Source: Macrostomum hystrix
Lineage: Eukaryota > Animalia > Platyhelminthes
Direction of reading: 5' to 3'
Assembly (NCBI GenBank): GCA_950097015.1
Contig: CATNEN010000001.1
Span: 26,474,001-26,538,000 of the forward strand
Length of the DNA stretch: 64,000 bases
A program made the position numbers and the translations under genes. Positions 57,001 through 64,000 of this stretch are shown piece by piece. The notes below the pieces were generated by a model. It was not told the origin of the DNA and did not search any database. It worked only from the letters and a program-made list of their open reading frames with translations. Each line of letters begins with the position of its first letter. Position 1 is the stretch's first letter.

Positions 57001-59795
57001 TTTCTTGTGTCGAAGGGCCAGTCTCCTTTCATGTTGAACGTTTGGTCTGGCCGCGATGGCAGTTTTCTGCGGGCCATCGTTGGTAGTTCGAGCTTCTCTG
57101 CCGTTGGACAGCCGTTGGACACAGACTTTCTCATTTTGAATTCGATTCCTGAGGGTCTCGAGAGCGAATCCTTTGTCATAATCAAGGTGCTGAACCTTTC
57201 TGCTTTGGCCGAATTAGACATAGAATTCGAGAGTGGAGTTGTCTCAGTGCAAGAGAAATCCAATGGCCAATTTTTCTATCGGCCGCAGACGAATTGCTTC
57301 TATGCGTTGCATTTCGACAAGAATAGCAGAGACAGACGATTGACAGAGTTTGAAATTTCTAATGGCAAACGGACTGTGATTTGCGAAGACAAGATGCATG
57401 ACCATTCAAAGGGCTCGACGCAAAGTTTGAGCGACTTCAACGACGATTCTAAAGCCGATAAAAGACGTTCGGCTGAGCAGACAACTAAAGCGGCTACTTT
57501 AAAATCGTCAGAATTTTTTAGAAAAGTCGATGCTTGTCTCAAAAATGTCTTGCTACATTGGGATCTTAAACATGTCAACCTAGTTCTTCTCTGCAGCCCG
57601 AAAGATTCGCTGCTGCGGTTGCTCGACTTGAATGAGGCTGCTTTACTGACGGAGCTGTCCTCAACGCAGCCAGCTGAGCTGGTAAAATTCCAGGTTGAGC
57701 TGAAGGATGCCATCGAATTTGATGCTGATGGGAAGATTGTTGAGACGGACGATGTCGTGCAGTATATCAAGACAGCCCTACAGCACAGCAGAATGCGATT
57801 TCTGATTTCAAACCACCCAGCAACTTGCGCCCTGCCCACTGACCCACTGACCATCCTGGTGAACATGAAAGGCTACGGTAGGCCCGCAAGGTATTGCGCG
57901 ACTCTTTCTGAAGACAACTGCCGACTTCACGTGTTAATGAACGCTTCAATAATTCTAAGCTCCTATGAAACTGCTGTTCTGAAAATGCCGGATTTCGCAG
58001 CAATGTTTTGCATGGATCTCACGGCACGAAAAGTGAATAAATTCCTGCCTCTACCGAAGCTCCAAGTCGGAGAAGAAATGGCTAGATCAGCTAGCAAGGC
58101 CGTTGCCATGGAGATGTTGAAGCTAGTGGATTCAAAGTGCAGGCGAGCGGAAGTTCGGCTGAATCCTGGCGATGAAGATTTTGAAATCAGTCGGCTCGCG
58201 TTTCAGCTGGCCAAAGATTTTGTCGGGCGCAAGCTTCTAGAATTCAGAACTGGGACAAGCTGGGATTTCTCCAACACCAGCTCTATTCACGATGATTTTT
58301 TGGAAAATCTCAAGTTTGAAAATGATGCAAAACGTTCGTGTCAAATAGCCAAATATTTGCAAAGTCGAAAATTCAACCTGCGATACTCGCCACAACTGGC
58401 TGCTGATGCTCCTTGCCGCCCTGTGGCAATTCAGGTGCGGCCACAGCACCCAGACCAGGTTGTCTTGCACTACCTGTGTACTCAGATCACGAGCTATGAG
58501 GAAGCCTATCACATGGATGTCATGTGCTGGCCAGGTCAGCTGGTTGTGTGCGACACTCAGCACTACAGAGTGCTGTCAGTCAGCAACACCTTTGATGCAG
58601 GTGTGCTTTATCTGCTGAATGACGGCCTACACTGCATCACCTACCGCCTGAAGGTGTTCAACATCGAGACTGGTGAGTTGGTGCGAGATCTCGATCCATC
58701 GAACAGTGTCATCCTGAAGGACATGCTGGCCACTCCGGACAGACGGCTGGTGCTGGGCAAGAAGTTTCAGCCCTACAGACCGGCGACAATTCACGATGAC
58801 GAGATGGACAATGCTTCCGGTCGCGGAGAGGACTTCAAAGATCCTCCCAGAGTGGTTCAGGTCGGCTTCATTTCTGTTAACTATGAATTGTATTAGAGCT
58901 TTGCTTGTAATATTTAGGCAGGTAGATAGAAAGACACCTAGCTCAGTTGCGTCACAGCCAGCGGCACAGTCGCAGCTACTGTGTAGCGCTTCTAAAGGCT
59001 GTGTACAGCTGTTCAGTCCGTAGACAGGAGTTGCTCTCGAATTTCAAATAGATGCCTATTTGTAATGCTGATGCTCATTAGACAGTTCGGTGAACAGAAG
59101 CACTATAGTGAATTGGATGTCTTGGTCTCAGAAAAAAACGACTTTCATTGAGCTGAGCTTCAGTCTAAGCTCGAACCTCAATCTTTGGGCTAGGAGCTTG
59201 TTGAACTCGAGCGTGCGACATGAGAACATGAGTCCTGATGTTTTTTAATGTCGTTCTGTTCCTAATTTTTATGAATTTCTAAGTCGGTTGATTTGCCCAT
59301 CAGATTTTGTAACTTGTCGTGTAAAAAATGCCAACCCGCAGGCATTTCAAGTTTCTGATGGCGCTCTCGTCTTTGACTACATCTTCGAGGATGAGCCCTT
59401 CCTCATGCTGGCGCCAACAAATGATCGCCTGGTGGTCTTGCTGGCCAACCACCCTGTCCAGCTGTACGAGATCCGGCCTGAAGTTCGCCAATGCGTGCCA
59501 GAAGTACAACAGCAATTTCGGTCGGGTGCTCAGGAGCTTTCCTTGTCAGAGTATCTTGAGGCGGATTACCTTCGTTGTGTTCGTAAGTTTGTTGATTCAG
59601 TCAATGCTTGCTAATTGCTGAAGTGCTATACGATCGTAAAACTTCTGTCTCGCAGGTTTGGCCCTGGGCCCGGCGATGGCTCGGGTGGCTGATGTCCGGC
59701 CGTCGGATCCGATTGACTTCCTGGCTCAGTGGCTGCTCGCCATTGCAAAGCGACAAGGCCCGCAGTCCCGCGGACTAGATAGACAGGAGAATTGA
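48050..59795 (+). CDS. NWD1/NWD2-like DUF4062-NACHT protein with a divergent propeller-like region and a C-terminal Dpy-30 motif; exon 3 disrupted
   Basis: Inferred exons: 48050-48179 ([10 protein letters not shown]), 48473-48561 ([14 protein letters not shown]), disrupted exon 3 ([18 protein letters not shown]), 53198-54275 (ILGHRYG; Walker A GCSGCGKT), 54529-55366 (Walker B LIFLDSVD; FWYHRQF), 55456-58860, 59342-59582, 59656-59795. Splice phases are consistent except around 53070-53197, which is unresolved. Confidence 0.82.
48990..49914 (-). pseudogene. Tyrosine recombinase (frameshifted)
   Basis: N-terminal [17 protein letters not shown]; catalytic part [32 protein letters not shown]. Confidence 0.88.
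50040..51520 (-). pseudogene. RT/RNase H of the Ngaro-like element (frameshifted)
   Basis: [44 protein letters not shown]; RNase H SDSS..HINHKE..SDST. Confidence 0.88.
51650..52690 (-). pseudogene. ORF1 (gag-like) with an N-terminal SAP-like motif and a C-terminal Cys/His finger
   Basis: [29 protein letters not shown] at 52590-52680; [28 protein letters not shown] at about 51685-51800. Confidence 0.7.
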
Positions 59796-60353
59796 GTGAT
59801 GGCTGTCCTTTATTTAAACAGGCCTGGTTCTAAGAATTAAAAGAATCAAATTGAAATTTATTTTCCTGTTGTTTTTATTGTTTTTACGAGCTACACAAAA
59901 ATGCTCCCTTGTCACTGCAAGTATGGACCATTTCATACTATTGTTTCAATGCTATTGTGATATGCGCAGCTTTGTATGTTTCGCAAATTTACTTTTTAAC
60001 TCAATTCTGTCTTCAGGTGCCCAGCTGTGAGAAAGTGAAAAAATTATTTTTAGAGTTTTAATGATGAAGAAGCAGCAAAATTTTCTGTGTCTGCAACTCT
60101 TGTTTTTTACTCAGTTACCTTGATTCCTAAAGTGTTCTTGCCGTAACACTAAATCCTAAAATACGAATGGTAAGAGTAGCGAACAGAAATTTAAAAAAAT
60201 GTAAGATTTCAAAGAATCATTGCTGATTAAACCTTCGCGCGTTGTCCATGAATCGATAAGCATGCTGCATATCTGGGCCAATGCCCCAATCGCCCTAAAC
60301 TTGTCTCAGTGTGTCAGTCAGAGACATGAGCTCAGACAATGTCGCATGCAGTT

Positions 60354-61479
60354 TCAGCGACGAATGTAGTAGTCTCCAGCAGAGCTGCTCAGGTTGGCAG
60401 GCGGGTAGGCGAACCTGAGCAGGTGGCACAGCTGCTGCTGGCCTGAGAAGATCACAGCCTGACAGTCGGCAGCCTTGGCCTCGCACTGAGCCAGGCACTG
60501 AGCTCTATAAGCGGCTGGAACTGTCCAGAAACATTGCTGAGACGTCTGCACCGTCTTAGTTGACATCGCTGAGTTGCTGAAGAAATTCTTCTCTGAAGTA
60601 TCAACGGAGTATTTATCATAGACTTATTAATAAAGACTGAATGTTTCATGGTATCAGGGGTGAGTGGCAGAACGGTTAACGCGTTTTGTCTCTCGCACCA
60701 AGGTCCCTGAGCTCAATTCTGCGGCGAGGCCACTTTAATTTGGCGCGGAGAGAAGGCTTGGGGGCTTGTCATGCAATTTACACTCTAGAGGGTCAACCTC
60801 CAAGGCACAGTGAAGTGTATACTGCAAGACAATGAGAAAGTCAGGACAGATGTACACACCTGTGTGAGCGGGTGCCTACGTACAGTATTTGTGTGCGTGT
60901 GTGCTCAGGAGTCAGCGAAATGGGCAGATTTTGCCTACTGCGAGTCTATTGTCACCAAATGACAGTGGTGAGTGCCGGTGGCTCCTGCGAGTCTATTGTC
61001 ACCAAATGACAGTGGTGAGTGCCAGTGGCCGCAGCCCTCCGGCAATTATTATTATTATTATATTGATGACATCAGAGGAAATTCACCAGTATAGGTCAGT
61101 TCGAACACCGAGTTGCGCCACAGGCCTCCGCAAACCTGCTTCGAGTCTCCAGCGCATATAAAGTTGCAGCTGCTTGCGCTCGCGATACCGTAGGACCCGA
61201 ACGCGTCGCCGCACATGCAGTTCTGGCCGAACTGCAGCCCGAAGTACTTGAAGCCGCCCAGGGAGCAGATGGCGCCGCAAAGCTCCCGAGTCATGCTGCT
61301 CGATTGCACACCGCCGCTGCCGATTGTGAATTCGCCTAGCATTAAAATTGTTTGGAGCCCGCTTAGGTCTCTATCTGAATTGTCAACATAGCAACCCAGG
61401 TAGGAGAACTGAACAATCCTGGCTGCCACACAGGTGCATGCGAAAACTGCACTAGCTGGATTGCGCTGGCTTTAAGCAT
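60354..61479 (-). CDS. Secreted WSC + PAN/apple protein (2 exons; apparent 1-bp frameshift in the signal peptide)
   Basis: Exon 1 (61479-61087): YLGCYVD..MTRELC..C..YFGLQFGQNCMCG..CNFICAGDSKQVCGG. Phase-1 GT-AG intron. Exon 2 (60592-60354): CLAQC..DCQAVIF..LCHLL. Confidence 0.8.
60655..61063 (+). mobile_element. Probable SINE in the WSC-PAN intron
   Basis: tRNA-like head GGGGTGAGTGGCAGAACGGTTAACGCG..., an internal ~47-bp duplication, and an (ATT)n tail; no TSD found. Confidence 0.5.
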
Positions 61480-64000
61480 TCTTCTTTAAGAGCTTGTTTG
61501 AATTTATGATTTTCTCCAGACCCACGAAACGAGGGCTTTCCTTAAAAAATTCTGCTTAAATACCAGAGAATTGGGCCGTTTCTTTGTGTTTTAAGGACTA
61601 CAATTGGCTGCCTAATTTCCATCTCGGGTTAATTTCAGTCACTGTTCTGCTCCTCCGCCCAACAATGTGCGCTTTATGGCTATAGAGAAGCCATGAAAAG
61701 TGGAAAGTTAAGAGCCGGGATGAAGCTAGAAAACGAGATGAGTGTGTGCATTATAGAGTGAGAATATTTTAGTAGTTTTGGGAGACAAGGGTTCCATGCG
61801 TACTTGGATTTTTCTGTAGATGATTCTCGCTTCACGCATTACGCTATAAGTCGCAGCTGCCCAATTACATACTGCAGAGAGGCAGAGAGCTATATGTAAA
61901 ACCTTTCCTCGCGGAACATAGAGCATAAACTATTATTGAGTGGGATTAAGGATTTATCTGGTCACATAGACATAGTCGAATCTCTTGTTTTTAACGAGCT
62001 GCAGATTATGTGAGAGCTGAAAAATCACATTTGTAAAGATCAATAAATAAAACTGTTACCTAAAATCCTAATAAAGTGATAAAAAGGCTGAATTGAAGAA
62101 CCACTAGAATAAAACTACTTCTTCTCAGAAGTATAATTATATGCGCTCGATTACTGTCCAATGAACTAACTGATTAATAAACGACTCCAAAATTCTTGCC
62201 ATGCTCTCGTTAAAATGTAAAGAATGCTTAAAAATATGAAATGATTTTTTATGATTCATATTATTAATATTAGGCTATATCAAGCTAAAAGCAACATCAA
62301 GCTACAACTAGCTTTATTGTAGCCATGTTTGTTATAATTCATATATACCGGGAAGTTTGGCCTCCGCAATATCTCGGAAATAAAGGAGACATTTCAGATA
62401 TTGTTGTTGCTCACCATGTTTCATTGACATAATCACTTTAGTGCCTGCGGGAATCAATTACGGTTACAGCTCTAGCTAATTGATATCCTCTGTTCGTGTA
62501 CTGAGCCCTACTGTTTGATTTTAGTTGCTCAAGACTGGCTGTCTTTTTGCCAGATAAATAATTTTCCACACTCATTGTTTGTTTTGGGATTAGCTAATCA
62601 TTATCGTTAGCGCATAGAATCCTTATATGATTATCCGACTATTTATACGGCTATAATCGATTCGTCTATGGCTATGGCTAGGCCTATGTTTAAATTTTGT
62701 TATACAACATCATCAACATAGCCATAGGTAGCTATGCTAGGCAGTAGTTACATGGACGAAAAGCTTAATATGAAATATTATAAATAGGGCCTAGCTAGCA
62801 AAAAATAGCTAGAATCTCATTAGGGCCTATCATCATAGTCATAATAACTAGGTCCAAGTACTTGAATATGTAAAGTCTAACATTGGTGTTGACATTTAGA
62901 TTGGGTTATCTAGGTTTGATTTGAGAACTCTTAAAATTAAAACATATAACATAGTCATAGGCTAGGCCCTAGTCATACTCATGGAGCCTAGTCTAGGACA
63001 AAGGGCTAAATCTGCTAAGCTTAAACTTTAAAAAGATAAAGCTCGAATTCTAAAAAAGGATTAGGATATAGAAAGTTTAATTGCCTTTTAAAACTTGATT
63101 AATTCTAAGCACATGTCTATAAACATTTTCATAGAAAAATTTTACTCCAACTTATGATTATGAATTTTACCTATGGCTAGGCATTAGGCCTAGTCATTAT
63201 TATACCTATGGCTATTGATCAGCTGTACTGTAGGTATACCTGCCTCACTAATTTGCAAGTTGTATTGGTACTTCTTATGTAAAACAGAAATTATTCATAT
63301 TCAGCACTGTTATTGATAGAGATTGGCTCTAGGCCCTATAGTTGCTTATATATACTTGTAATATAGGCCTAGCTAAAAATAGTGTTTTGCTATGACTTGT
63401 TACATATGGCTAGCTATATCATGAAAACTTAAATAGATTTAAATTTTAAATAGGGTCTATTTTCTCTAAGAGTCAATATAAATGAAACCAATTATCAGTT
63501 AGGTCTAAATATATTAAAAGTAAGATTTCAATAAATCTTATTAATATAAATAAGCTAGTGTTTTTTAGTAAATTCAACTTCTAAAAGCTTCTAAATAAAC
63601 TTTTTTAGACAATAACTACCAAAATAAATTATTTAACATGGTTGCCGATAACAATATACAATTAAAGTTAAAGTTTATTGTCTATTTATTTATATCTATT
63701 TCAGAATGAACAGCCAGTGCTGTAAGATTTTACACAACAACCAAATTCTATCTAGCTTGGCTAGCTAGATTAGCCACTGAGAAAATTTTGTCCATTTAAA
63801 CCAAACCATGTCAGTGACAATTATAGTGACATGCCAGTTATAAACTAACCTCAACTATAGGCATCTGTTTAAAGAAAATTACAAATTTGTTAGTCAAGCA
63901 TGGCCATGCTACCAGAAGGCTGTCTAGCAGATTATTTTGCTGTTGCTGGTCTCAATGGCGACAATGAATTGAAACCACTAGAGGTGAATCTGGATGAGGA

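Noticed and set aside
61500-64000. Gene or element in the AT-rich tail with many CTAG/TAGGCCTA motifs
   Set aside because: No convincing ORF, periodicity or termini; treated as intergenic or intronic.

Overview
This is eukaryotic (invertebrate animal) genomic DNA that is rich in transposons and has spliceosomal introns; nothing in it looks prokaryotic and there is no CRISPR array. The style is compatible with a flatworm such as Macrostomum, but that cannot be confirmed from this window. 1-20.7 kb is a pile of nested elements: three copies of a non-autonomous Helitron with a PIF1 helicase fragment and an embedded hAT MITE, a second Helitron family carrying 18-bp and 23-bp satellites, a Polinton-type DNA polymerase B fossil, tRNA-derived SINEs, a solo LTR, and a young Gmr1-like Gypsy element. 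20.85-44 kb is a ~10-kb tandem duplication holding three intronless genes for secreted EGFR-ectodomain-like proteins (signal peptide, L1, Cys-rich, L2, partial domain IV; no transmembrane helix or kinase). These genes descend from a longer receptor by a shared frameshift, vary strongly on the predicted L-domain ligand faces, and are mosaics of one another; this is the best candidate for an undescribed system (diversifying soluble decoy or recognition proteins). 44-61.5 kb holds a Ser/Thr kinase pseudogene, an NWD1/2-like DUF4062-NACHT gene with a GC-AG intron and an unexpected C-terminal Dpy-30 motif (its third exon is disrupted by an Ngaro-like tyrosine-recombinase retrotransposon with scrambled junctions), and a WSC+PAN gene. 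All calls come from reading motifs by eye; no database searches were run.
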